A stretch of 64,000 bases of DNA from Gemmatimonadota bacterium (lineage in GTDB: Bacteria > Gemmatimonadota > Gemmatimonadetes > Palauibacterales > Palauibacteraceae). The stretch spans positions 21,897 through 85,896 of the forward strand of contig JBDHIQ010000005.1 of NCBI GenBank assembly GCA_039587395.1, given 5' to 3'. Under the pieces are notes generated by a model. That model saw nothing but the letters and a program-made list of their open reading frames with translations. It was not told the origin of the DNA and did not search any database. Within the stretch, counting starts at the first letter, position 1. Every line of letters starts with the position of its first letter. Below, one piece after another: positions 47,458 through 56,360 of the stretch. Both the position numbers and the translations under genes were made by a program.

Positions 47458-49218
47458 GTGAGTGCCATCGTCTTGCTGGTAGTGGGTGTCTTCGCCTTTC
47501 TCACCGGGTATCACGTGTACTCCCGCTACATCTCGCGGCGGATCTACCAGCTGGACCCCGACTTCGTGACGCCCGCGCACGAGTTCGAGGACGGGGTGGA
47601 TTTCGTGCCCACCAACAAGCACGTCCTGTTCGGTCACCACTTCACTTCGGTCGCCGGTGCGGCCCCCATCGTCGGACCCGCGATTGCGGTGATCTGGGGT
47701 TGGCTACCGGCGTTTCTGTGGGTGGTGCTCGGAACCATCTTCGCGGGCGCCGTGCACGATTTCGGGGCGTTGTGGATCTCCACCCGCCACAAGGGGAATT
47801 CCATCGGGACCCTCACGCAGACCATCATCGGGGATCGCGCGCGGGTCCTGTTCCTGCTGCTGATCTTCTTCCTTCTGCTGATGGTCAACGCCGTATTCGC
47901 AGTGATCATTGCGACGCTGTTCATGAACAACCCGGGTGCGGTGCTGCCCGTGTGGGGCTCGCTGGTGGTCGCGCTCGTCGTCGGGTTCCTCATCTACAGA
48001 ACGGGCGCCGGCATCCTTCTGCCGTCCATCGGTGCGCTCCTCATCCTCTACGCCATGATCTGGTTCGGGCAGTACCTGCCGTTCGAGCTGCCCGATCTGA
48101 TCCGGTTCGACCCGACGGCCAGCCAGCTGTCCGCGGCGGGAGGGGATGCATCGGTCGCCGCCCAGGCCGCTCGGGCGGACGGGCAACGAATCGGCTGGAT
48201 CGGGGTGCTGTTCATCTACACGTTCTTTGCCAGCGTCCTGCCCGTCTGGCTGCTGCTTCAGCCACGCGACTACGTGAACGGCCACCAGCTGTTTGTGGCG
48301 CTGGGCATCATCGGTGCGGGCGTCGTGGTCGCGAACCCCCAGGTGGTGGCACCGGCGGTCAACACCAGCCTGCCTGCGGACGCTCCCAACTGGTTTCCCC
48401 TGCTGTTCATCACCATCGCCTGCGGAGCGATCAGCGGCTTTCACGGACTGGTCGGGTCCGGAACGTCATCCAAGCAGCTGAACAGGGAGACCGACGCCAG
48501 ATATGTCGGTTACGGCGGGATGCTGGGGGAGGGAAGCCTGGCGCTCACATCCATTCTGGCTACCACGGCGGGCTTTGCCCTGTTCGTCGGAATCGATGGT
48601 TGGCATGCGCACTACAGCACCTGGGCCAGCGCCTCGTCCGGAGCCACGACGGCGTTCGTGAACGGAGTCGGAGTACTCGCGGAGGGGATCGGGATCCCGC
48701 ACGCAGTCGCGACGATCTTTGCAGCAGTGGTCGTCATCAGCTTTGCGGCCACCTCGCTGGACACCAGCGTCCGGCTTCAGCGCTACATCATCTCTGAGCT
48801 GGGCGTCGAATACGGAGTGAAGGCCGTCCAGAATCGCTGGGTGGCCACTCTGGTAGCGGTCACGAGTTGCGCGCTCCTGGCCCTGGGGCTCGATCGCGGA
48901 GCCGGCGGAATGCGTCTGTGGCCCCTGTTCGGAACCACGAACCAGCTGCTGGCCGGCCTCACGCTGTTGATCCTGACCCTGTTCCTGTTCCGCCTGAAGC
49001 GCAACGTGTGGGTCACGGCCATACCGATGGCGTTCCTTCTCTTCATGACAACCTATGCGATGGTGCTGAACCTCATCCGGTACAGGAGCGAGAGCCAGAC
49101 GCTGTTGCTCGTGGTGGGAGGGGCGATCTTCGTGCTCGAGATGTGGCTCCTGTTCGAAGCCGCGGCGGGCGTGAGGCGGGTGCTGGCGTCGCGGAGAGAC
49201 GGGGTCGGGGAGCCGTAG
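47458..49218 (+). CDS. cstA: Carbon starvation protein A family transporter
   Basis: TPAHEFEDGVDFVP, GHHFTSVAGAAPIVGP, LLQPRDY, ACGAISGFH, WPLFGTTNQL. Confidence 0.96.
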   Translation: MSAIVLLVVGVFAFLTGYHVYSRYISRRIYQLDPDFVTPAHEFEDGVDFVPTNKHVLFGHHFTSVAGAAPIVGPAIAVIWGWLPAFLWVVLGTIFAGAVHDFGALWISTRHKGNSIGTLTQTIIGDRARVLFLLLIFFLLLMVNAVFAVIIATLFMNNPGAVLPVWGSLVVALVVGFLIYRTGAGILLPSIGALLILYAMIWFGQYLPFELPDLIRFDPTASQLSAAGGDASVAAQAARADGQRIGWIGVLFIYTFFASVLPVWLLLQPRDYVNGHQLFVALGIIGAGVVVANPQVVAPAVNTSLPADAPNWFPLLFITIACGAISGFHGLVGSGTSSKQLNRETDARYVGYGGMLGEGSLALTSILATTAGFALFVGIDGWHAHYSTWASASSGATTAFVNGVGVLAEGIGIPHAVATIFAAVVVISFAATSLDTSVRLQRYIISELGVEYGVKAVQNRWVATLVAVTSCALLALGLDRGAGGMRLWPLFGTTNQLLAGLTLLILTLFLFRLKRNVWVTAIPMAFLLFMTTYAMVLNLIRYRSESQTLLLVVGGAIFVLEMWLLFEAAAGVRRVLASRRDGVGEP

Positions 49219-49335
49219 CCGTGCGAACCTGCCGTAGAGAGTGAAAGAAGAGCTTCTGCCCCGGTGGCGTGGGATGGGTGGGTTGTGGGACCACCGGGGC
49301 TTAGGCTCTGATGTTCGTCCAGTCCTTCTGCTGGT

Positions 49336-49944
49336 CTAGTACTTTCTTATTACCCCGATGACGATCCCCTGGATCGCCACCTGGCCTGGATCGAAGTACA
49401 TGGGATCGAGCCCGGGATTGGCCGGCTGCAACCTCACCTGACCGTTCTCCCGGTAGAACTTCTTCATCGTGGCGTTCTCGCCATCGATCAGCGCGATCAC
49501 CATCTCTCCGTTGTGCGCCGTCTCGCGGGACTGGACGATGACGAAGTCACCATCGCGGATCTGCTCGTCTATCATCGACTCGCCGCGCACCCGGAGCACG
49601 TAGTGTCCGGCGACGGAGCCGGCGACCATGTCCTCGGGGACCGAGATAGTCTCCTGGTCCTCGATGGCTTCAATGGGGACGCCTGCTGCCACAGCGCCGA
49701 GCAGGGGGAGCTCGATCGCTGAGATCTTGAGCTCGGCCTCGACCAGTTCGATCGAGCGGCTCTCGTTGTAGTTCTTCTTGATGTAGCCCTTCGCCTGCAG
49801 GTTACACAGATGCTCGTGCACCGTGGCGAGGGAGCGAAACCCGAAGTTCTCGGCGATTTCCTCGAAGCTCGGAGAGTAGCCCCGGAATCGCACGAAGCCT
49901 TCGATGAAGTCCAGGATCTCGCGCTGTCGTTTGGTGAGCGCCAT
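49336..49944 (-). CDS. lexA: SOS transcriptional repressor LexA
   Basis: LTKRQ…SPSFEEI winged HTH, VAAG Ala-Gly cleavage site, GESM catalytic Ser, TMKK catalytic Lys. Confidence 0.97.
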   Translation of the reverse strand: MALTKRQREILDFIEGFVRFRGYSPSFEEIAENFGFRSLATVHEHLCNLQAKGYIKKNYNESRSIELVEAELKISAIELPLLGAVAAGVPIEAIEDQETISVPEDMVAGSVAGHYVLRVRGESMIDEQIRDGDFVIVQSRETAHNGEMVIALIDGENATMKKFYRENGQVRLQPANPGLDPMYFDPGQVAIQGIVIGVIRKY

Positions 49945-50040
49945 CACCGCGCCTTCTTCCGTTCCGCCACAATCCACGTCCCGCCTTGATGCCCGCACCC
50001 GGGGCAGCGGGGCGCCGGCTCATCAGCCCCTCCTCCATCA

Positions 50041-50083
50041 CCGAACGGAAACCGAATGTACCCGAATAGGAACCGAAGCGCAA
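50041..50083 (-). promoter_or_regulatory. lexA promoter overlapped by four CCGAA direct repeats (putative LexA operators)
   Basis: TTGCGC (50083-50078), 17 bp, TACATT (50060-50055); CCGAA at 50041, 50052, 50062, 50073. Confidence 0.75.
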
Positions 50084-50168
50084 GGGCACTCTGTCACGTG
50101 GTTGGTTTCGCCGCGGCGGGGAGGGTAGTTTCGACCACACCCGGGGTGGCTCCAGGTGGCCGCATGGC

Positions 50169-51035
50169 GTGTCCAGACCCACCCTCAGCGCACGCTCAAA
50201 GGCGGACCAAACGGTGATCCTGGACGAGATTCTGCAAGCCAAGCGAGAGGAAGTGGCCAGGCTGGATGGGAGCGAATCGCTCCTGGCCGAACTGGCGGCT
50301 CGGGCGCCCGGTCCTCGCGGCTTTGAGGCCGCGATCGTGGAAGATGAGTCGGTTTCGGTGATCGCCGAGTTCAAACGGCGCTCTCCCTCCGCCGGCCCGA
50401 TCGATTCCTATGCGAATCCGCGCAGCGTCGTGTCGGCGTACGATGCCGGGGGGGCGGCGGCCGTCTCGGTCCTCACGGACGGGCCTTATTTTGGAGGTTC
50501 GCTGGAGGATCTGGCAGCGGCCCGCGAGGTGAGCACCATCCCGATTCTGCGGAAGGATTTCATCGTTCACCCGCTGCAGCTCCTGGAGTCCCGTGCTGCG
50601 GGTGCCGATGCCGTCCTGTTGATCAGCCGGGCGCTGGGTACGGCTCTGCTGGCCGAGTTGCTGGAAGAGTGCGAACGGCTGGGCATGGCGGCGCTGGTGG
50701 AGATCCACGATGAGGATGAGTTGGGCGGCGCTGTGGATTCGGGCGCTCGCATCATCGGGGTGAACGCGCGAGATCTCTCCACGTTCGAGGTCGATCTCCA
50801 GGCGGGGCTGCAGATCGTGTCGCAGGTGCCCGGTGACCGTGTGGCCGTGGCGGAAAGTGGTGTGCTGGGTCGGGAAGACGTGGCTCTGGCCGGCCGCGCG
50901 GGCGCCGACGCCGTTCTGGTCGGCGGCTGGCTCATGCGGCAGGATCCGGAGCGGGGCGTCTCGGAACTGACCGGGGAGCGGCGGCTGCCGCGCATCTCGC
51001 ACGCGGATCCCGATGTGGAGCCCGGCCCGGAATGA
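50169..51035 (+). CDS. trpC: Indole-3-glycerol phosphate synthase
   Basis: VIAEFKRRSPSAG, SVLTD, LRKDF, IGVNARDL, VAESG. Confidence 0.97.
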   Translation: MSRPTLSARSKADQTVILDEILQAKREEVARLDGSESLLAELAARAPGPRGFEAAIVEDESVSVIAEFKRRSPSAGPIDSYANPRSVVSAYDAGGAAAVSVLTDGPYFGGSLEDLAAAREVSTIPILRKDFIVHPLQLLESRAAGADAVLLISRALGTALLAELLEECERLGMAALVEIHDEDELGGAVDSGARIIGVNARDLSTFEVDLQAGLQIVSQVPGDRVAVAESGVLGREDVALAGRAGADAVLVGGWLMRQDPERGVSELTGERRLPRISHADPDVEPGPE

Positions 51036-51718
51036 GCGAGTCGGCCGAAGCCCGGTACCCGACCCGGGTGAAGATCTGCGGTCTCCGACGGTCTGCCGAC
51101 GCCATCGCGGCAACCAGGGCCGGGGCCGACTACGTGGGCCTGGTGCTCGCCGAGAGCATTCGTCGGGTGACGGTGGAAGAGGCAACGGAGATCGTCCAGG
51201 AGATGTGGGCCGCCTGCCCGGATGCACCCGCCCGGCCGGTTGGAGTGTTTGTAGACGCGGCAGCCGAGATCGTGAGCCAGGCCGCGGCCGGGATCGGCCT
51301 GGCCGTCGTGCAGCTGCACGGTGTGGAGACTCCGGAGCAGTGCAGGACCTTGCGGGCGGACGGCTTCCGCGTGTGGAAAGCGCTCCGGCCGCGCACTCCC
51401 GGCCAGCTGGCCCGGCTCACGGATCGATACGCCGGGGTTGTGGACGGCATTCTGGTAGAGGGTTATTCCGAACTGGCGGCAGGAGGCACCGGAACCGGAA
51501 TTCCGCACGAATGGCTGTGCGATCCGTTCTCGAGCCGGGCGCAGCGCGGCCGTCCACGGCTGATCCTGGCCGGAGGTCTCACACCAGCCAACGTGGCGGA
51601 TGCGATCCGGGCGGTCGGCCCGGATGTGGTGGATGTGAGCAGTGGAGTGGAGCGATCCCCCGGTGAGAAGGATGCGGAGCTGATCCGCGCGTTTGTCGCG
51701 CAGGCCGGACGGGCCTGA
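51032..51718 (+). CDS. trpF: Phosphoribosylanthranilate isomerase
   Basis: VKICGL, VQLHG, GGTG, LAGGL, VDVSSGVE. Confidence 0.96.
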   Translation: MSESAEARYPTRVKICGLRRSADAIAATRAGADYVGLVLAESIRRVTVEEATEIVQEMWAACPDAPARPVGVFVDAAAEIVSQAAAGIGLAVVQLHGVETPEQCRTLRADGFRVWKALRPRTPGQLARLTDRYAGVVDGILVEGYSELAAGGTGTGIPHEWLCDPFSSRAQRGRPRLILAGGLTPANVADAIRAVGPDVVDVSSGVERSPGEKDAELIRAFVAQAGRA

Positions 51719-51739
51719 CAGGAACATCAGGAGTGCGAA

Positions 51740-52960
51740 GTGGCAGATCAGGTGACGAACCATGACTGGTTCGGAGACTACGGCGGACAATTCGTCCCCG
51801 AGACGCTCATCCCCGCGCTGGCGGAGCTGACCCGGGCGTACGACGAAGCCATCGCCGACCCGGACTTTCTGGAGGAGCTGGTGTGGCTGTTCGAGCACTT
51901 TGTCGGCCGGCCGAGCCCCGTGTATCGCGCCCGGCGCCTGGGCGAGCACCTGGGAGGGGTGCGGGTGTGGCTGAAACGCGAGGACCTGAACCACACAGGG
52001 GCGCACAAGATCAACAATACCATCGGGCAGGCGCTGCTCTGCCGGCGGATGGGCAAGCAGCGGATCATCGCGGAGACCGGAGCCGGCCAGCACGGGGTCG
52101 CGACGGCCACCGCTTGTGCCCTGTTCGGCTTTGACTGCGTGGTGTACATGGGCGAAGAGGACATGCGCCGCCAGGCCCTCAACGTCACCCGCATGGAGAT
52201 CCTCGGGGCCGAGATCAGGTCCGTCTCCAGCGGCAGCCGCACGCTCAAAGACGCCACCAACGAGGCCATTCGCGACTGGGTTGAGAACGTAGAAACCACG
52301 CACTACATCATCGGCTCGGTTGTCGGGCCGGCGCCGTATCCGCGGATAGTCCGTGACTTCCAGCGCGTGATCGGCGATGAGGCGTCGGCCCAGCTCTACG
52401 ACCGCGGTGTGGAGCCGGAGGCCGTCTTCGCGTGCGTCGGCGGCGGTTCCAACGCGATCGGGATCTTCGCTGGCTTCCTGGATCGGCCCGAGGTGGAGCT
52501 GGTAGGAGTGGAGGCGGCCGGAGAGGGCGTCGCGACCGGCCACCATTCGGCGTCGCTGGCCGCGGGGATTCCGGGAGTGCTGCACGGTTCGTACAGCTAC
52601 CTGCTCCAGGATGAAGGGGGACAGGTGATCCCGGCGCACTCGGTCTCGGCCGGGCTGGACTATCCCGGAGTCGGTCCCGAGCACGCATTCCTCAAGGACA
52701 CGGGGCGCGTCCGTTACGAGGCGGTGACAGATGAGCAGGCGCTGGAGGCCTTCGAGTTGCTCTGCCGATTGGAAGGGATCGTGCCCGCGCTGGAGCCGGC
52801 CCACGCCATCGCCCGCCTGGCTGAAGAAGCGGACCGATGGCACGGCAAGGATGTTCTGCTCTGCCTGAGCGGCAGGGGTGACAAAGATGTTGCGGAGGTC
52901 GCGCGGCTCACGGCCCGGCGAACTCAGGCAATGGACGTCGATCACGAGAGAGGAAGCTAA
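51740..52960 (+). CDS. trpB: Tryptophan synthase beta chain
   Basis: [50 protein letters not shown]. Confidence 0.98.
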   Translation: MADQVTNHDWFGDYGGQFVPETLIPALAELTRAYDEAIADPDFLEELVWLFEHFVGRPSPVYRARRLGEHLGGVRVWLKREDLNHTGAHKINNTIGQALLCRRMGKQRIIAETGAGQHGVATATACALFGFDCVVYMGEEDMRRQALNVTRMEILGAEIRSVSSGSRTLKDATNEAIRDWVENVETTHYIIGSVVGPAPYPRIVRDFQRVIGDEASAQLYDRGVEPEAVFACVGGGSNAIGIFAGFLDRPEVELVGVEAAGEGVATGHHSASLAAGIPGVLHGSYSYLLQDEGGQVIPAHSVSAGLDYPGVGPEHAFLKDTGRVRYEAVTDEQALEAFELLCRLEGIVPALEPAHAIARLAEEADRWHGKDVLLCLSGRGDKDVAEVARLTARRTQAMDVDHERGS

Positions 52961-52963
52961 TCA

Positions 52964-53827
52964 ATGCATGCAGATGACAGCGGTAGGTCGGTACTCGTTA
53001 CCGGAGCTTCCCGTGGTCTCGGGAGGAGTCTAGTCCTGCACCTGGCGAGCGAGGGATTCCAGGTTTTTGCAGGGGTCCGCAGCGATGCAGCGGCAGCCTC
53101 GCTCCGCGCGGAGAGCGGGGACAGCCTGCAGACACTCACGCTGGACGTCACGAACGACAGCCACATCGAACAAGCGGTCGGCGAGCTCGAGGCTGAGCTG
53201 GGTGACAGGGGACTGTGGGGCCTGGTGAACAACGCCGGTGTCCTCGACCTGGGACCCGTGGAAACCACACGTGTGAGCGACTTCCGGAAGGTGTTCGACG
53301 TGAACCTGTTTGGCGTTCTGGCGCTCACCAGGCGCTGCCTTCCGCTCGTTCGCCGGGCCAGCGGCCGCATCGTGAACGTAAGTTCGGTGAACGGAAAGCT
53401 GTCGATGCCGTTCGCGAGCGCCTACTGCGCGTCCAAGTTTGCCCTGGAGGCAGCCAGCGATTCTCTGAGGATGGAGGTTGCACCATGGGGGATCGACGTC
53501 TCGGTCATCCAGCCGGGCGTGACGGCGAGCGACATTCGCGACACCGCGCTGGCAGCGTGGACCGAGCGGCGGTCCGACATGAGCCAGGAGCAGGCGAAGC
53601 TGTATGGCGAGTTCTTCGCTGCAACCGACAACCTCGTCACCGGGATGCAAGCCAACGCGGCGGGCCCCGAGGATTTCTGTGGCTCTGTCACGCACGCGCT
53701 GACGGCCGAAACGCCACACACCCGGTACGCAACGGGGCCCGACGCGCCCGATCTTCTAGAGCTGGCCGCGCTCCCCGACACGGAGAAGGACCAGGCGCTT
53801 CTGGCCTTCTGGGCTGGGTCCGAATAG
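52964..53827 (+). CDS. Short-chain dehydrogenase/reductase
   Basis: TGASRGLG, NNAG, YCASK. Confidence 0.95.
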   Translation: MHADDSGRSVLVTGASRGLGRSLVLHLASEGFQVFAGVRSDAAAASLRAESGDSLQTLTLDVTNDSHIEQAVGELEAELGDRGLWGLVNNAGVLDLGPVETTRVSDFRKVFDVNLFGVLALTRRCLPLVRRASGRIVNVSSVNGKLSMPFASAYCASKFALEAASDSLRMEVAPWGIDVSVIQPGVTASDIRDTALAAWTERRSDMSQEQAKLYGEFFAATDNLVTGMQANAAGPEDFCGSVTHALTAETPHTRYATGPDAPDLLELAALPDTEKDQALLAFWAGSE

Positions 53828-53836
53828 GCGACTGAC

Positions 53837-54277
53837 ATGCCTTACGAATACCGAGCGACGCGCCGGGTCGAGTTCGCGGACACCGACACGGCCGGGGTCG
53901 TCCACTTCTCGGCCTTCTTCCGCTACATGGAGGAGGCCGAGCACGCTTTCTATCGATCGCTGGGCGGTGCCGCGTTTGTCTGGACACCCGAAGGCGTGGC
54001 GGGCATGCCGCGCGTGTCGGTGCGCTGCGACTACCGCCGGCCGCTCCACTACGGCGAGCAGGTCGAGATACATCTATCGGTGCGGGAGAAAACGTCTCGC
54101 ACGCTGCGCTACGAGGTCGTGTTCCGGCATCCGGACGCCGCCGACACGGCCGAGATCGCGCGTGGAGAAATGACGGTGGTATTCGCGGCGAGAACGCACA
54201 GCGAACGGGATTGGGTGGCCACGACGCTCCCGGCCTTGCTGGCGGAGCAGATCACGGCTGCGCCCGACGCAGGCTAG
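53837..54277 (+). CDS. Acyl-CoA thioesterase (4HBT/YbgC hot-dog fold)
   Basis: VEFADTDTAGVVHF. Confidence 0.92.
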   Translation: MPYEYRATRRVEFADTDTAGVVHFSAFFRYMEEAEHAFYRSLGGAAFVWTPEGVAGMPRVSVRCDYRRPLHYGEQVEIHLSVREKTSRTLRYEVVFRHPDAADTAEIARGEMTVVFAARTHSERDWVATTLPALLAEQITAAPDAG

Positions 54278-54279
54278 AC

Positions 54280-54903
54280 ATGACCCGGATAGACCATTTG
54301 GTCTACGGCGTCCCCGAGTTGGGCGCGGCGGTCGATCGGCTGGAACTGGAGCTGGGTGTCCGGGCCCGTCCGGGAGGTTCCCACCCGCAGTGGGGCACGC
54401 ACAACGCCCTCATCACGCTCAGCGAGACCACCTACCTGGAAATCCTGGCGCCCGATCCGGACCGGCCGTCCGGATTCGTTCCCGGCATTCTCGGACTGGG
54501 TGACCTGGCTCAGCCCCGGCTCGTGTCCTGGGCGGCAAAGACCGAGAATCTGACCGCCGCGGTCCAGGCGGCCGCCAGGCGCGGCGTGCGGCTCGGGACC
54601 GTCCAGACGGCGGGTCGGGACAAACCGGATGGGAAGACGCTATCTTGGCAGCTTACCGACCCGGAAGTAGTGCTGGGGGACGGCCTGGTGCCGTTCCTGA
54701 TCGATTGGTGCGATTCGGACCACCCGGGCGCCGACGTCCCGGCGCAGTGCTCGTTGACTTCGTTCCGGGCCGAGCACCCCGATCCCGAAGGAATCCGGGC
54801 TCTGCTCTCCGCGATCGAAGTAGATCTTCCAGTGACGACGGGCCCCGTACCGGTTCTGGTGGCGAGGCTTGATACGCCCCGTGGAACGGTGGAGCTTCGC
54901 TAG
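54280..54903 (+). CDS. VOC family (glyoxalase-like) protein
   Basis: IDHLV, GGSHPQWGTHNAL, YLEI, PFLIDW. Confidence 0.92.
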   Translation: MTRIDHLVYGVPELGAAVDRLELELGVRARPGGSHPQWGTHNALITLSETTYLEILAPDPDRPSGFVPGILGLGDLAQPRLVSWAAKTENLTAAVQAAARRGVRLGTVQTAGRDKPDGKTLSWQLTDPEVVLGDGLVPFLIDWCDSDHPGADVPAQCSLTSFRAEHPDPEGIRALLSAIEVDLPVTTGPVPVLVARLDTPRGTVELR

Positions 54904-54961
54904 AGACCGGGATTCAATCGAATCGCAAAAGCAAAACCTGACACACGTTGATGGTGAACTC

Positions 54962-56341
54962 ATGAACAACTTGCGCATGCGGCTTTCTCCCAGGCTGCTG
55001 CTCGTCACGGCACTGGCCTCGATAGTCGGCGCGACCACGCCACCCCGGCCGGCAGCCGCCCAGACGGCGGGCCACGGGATGCCCGTGGTCCTGCCGCTCC
55101 GGGAGCGGGCCGAAGTCATGAACCGCTGGCTGGAGCGACGCCTGGACACCGTGGTGCCGGAGCTGATGCGACGCGAGGGCATCGACATGTGGATCATCGC
55201 GGCCCGTGAGTACAACGAGGACCCGGTGATCGAAACGATGCTGCCGGCAACCTGGTTCGCCGCCCGCCGGCGAACCGTCCTGGTGTTCCACGATCGCGGA
55301 CCGGAAGAGGGAGTGGAACGGCTCGCCGTGGCCCGCTACGACATTGGCCCGTTCCCCCGCGCCTGGGACCCGGAGGAACAGCCGGACCAGTGGGCGGCGG
55401 TAGCGGCGGTTGTAGGGGAACGGCAGCCGCAGCGCATCGCCGTCAACCGATCGACCACCTTCGGTCTGGCGGACGGACTCTCCGCGACGGAGTACGAGTC
55501 GTTCCTGGCCGCGCTGGTCGAACCCTACCATGAGCGCATCGTCGGTGGAGAAGGACTCGCGATCGGCTGGCTGGAAACTCGGATCCCCGAGGAGATGGCC
55601 GTCTATCCACAGATCGTCAGGATCGCCCACGAGATCATCGCCGAGGGGTTGAGCCAGCAGGTCATTCAGCCCGGCGTCACCACGACGGTGGACGTGAGCT
55701 GGTGGTACCGCGAGCGCATTGCCGAGTTGAAGCTGGACACCTGGTTCCAGCCCAGCGTGTCGGTCCAGCGCGCGGATGCGGGAGGGCACGAAGGCACGTT
55801 TCAGAGCCGGCCGGGGGCGGAGGTCATCCAGCCGGGAGACCTGATCCACATTGATTTCGGCATCTCCTACCTGGGTCTGAACACGGACACGCAGCAGCAC
55901 GCATACGTGCTTCGACCGGGAGAATCCGACGCGCCCGCCGGCTTGAAGAAGGCGCTTGCCGTCGGCAACAGGCTCCAGGACATCCTGACCGGCCACTTCT
56001 CCACCGGGCGGAGCGGCAACGAGATCCTTCTTGCCGCGCTAGCACAGGCGGAATCCGAGGCAATCAACGCGACGATCTATACACATCCCCTGGGTTTCCA
56101 CGGACACGCGGCCGGTCCGACCATCGGCCTGTGGGATCAGCAGGGTGGCGTCGAGGGGAAGGGCGATTATCCGCTGTTCGCCAACACTGCTCATTCGATC
56201 GAGTTGAACGCGGCGGTGCAGATTCCGGAGTGGGGCGGGCAGGAGATCCGGATCATGCTGGAAGAGGACGCGTTCTTCGACGGGGTGGAGACCCGCTACT
56301 TAGACGGCCGGCAGACGGAACTCTGGCTGATTCCGCGCTAG
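54962..56341 (+). CDS. Secreted M24 (Xaa-Pro aminopeptidase-like) metallopeptidase
   Basis: Signal peptide; IHIDFG, TDTQ, THPLGFHGH, HSIE, LEED metal ligands. Confidence 0.88.
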   Translation: MNNLRMRLSPRLLLVTALASIVGATTPPRPAAAQTAGHGMPVVLPLRERAEVMNRWLERRLDTVVPELMRREGIDMWIIAAREYNEDPVIETMLPATWFAARRRTVLVFHDRGPEEGVERLAVARYDIGPFPRAWDPEEQPDQWAAVAAVVGERQPQRIAVNRSTTFGLADGLSATEYESFLAALVEPYHERIVGGEGLAIGWLETRIPEEMAVYPQIVRIAHEIIAEGLSQQVIQPGVTTTVDVSWWYRERIAELKLDTWFQPSVSVQRADAGGHEGTFQSRPGAEVIQPGDLIHIDFGISYLGLNTDTQQHAYVLRPGESDAPAGLKKALAVGNRLQDILTGHFSTGRSGNEILLAALAQAESEAINATIYTHPLGFHGHAAGPTIGLWDQQGGVEGKGDYPLFANTAHSIELNAAVQIPEWGGQEIRIMLEEDAFFDGVETRYLDGRQTELWLIPR

Positions 56342-56360
56342 TCCAGGGCAGGGGATTTCG

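Noticed and set aside
50567-52945. Long antisense or alternate-frame ORFs (e.g. 50567..52945-, 34097..36064+, 56625..58544-, 36845..38434+, 997..2439-)
   Set aside because: They are shadows of well-supported genes, expected in high-GC DNA where off-frame stops are rare, and carry no motifs
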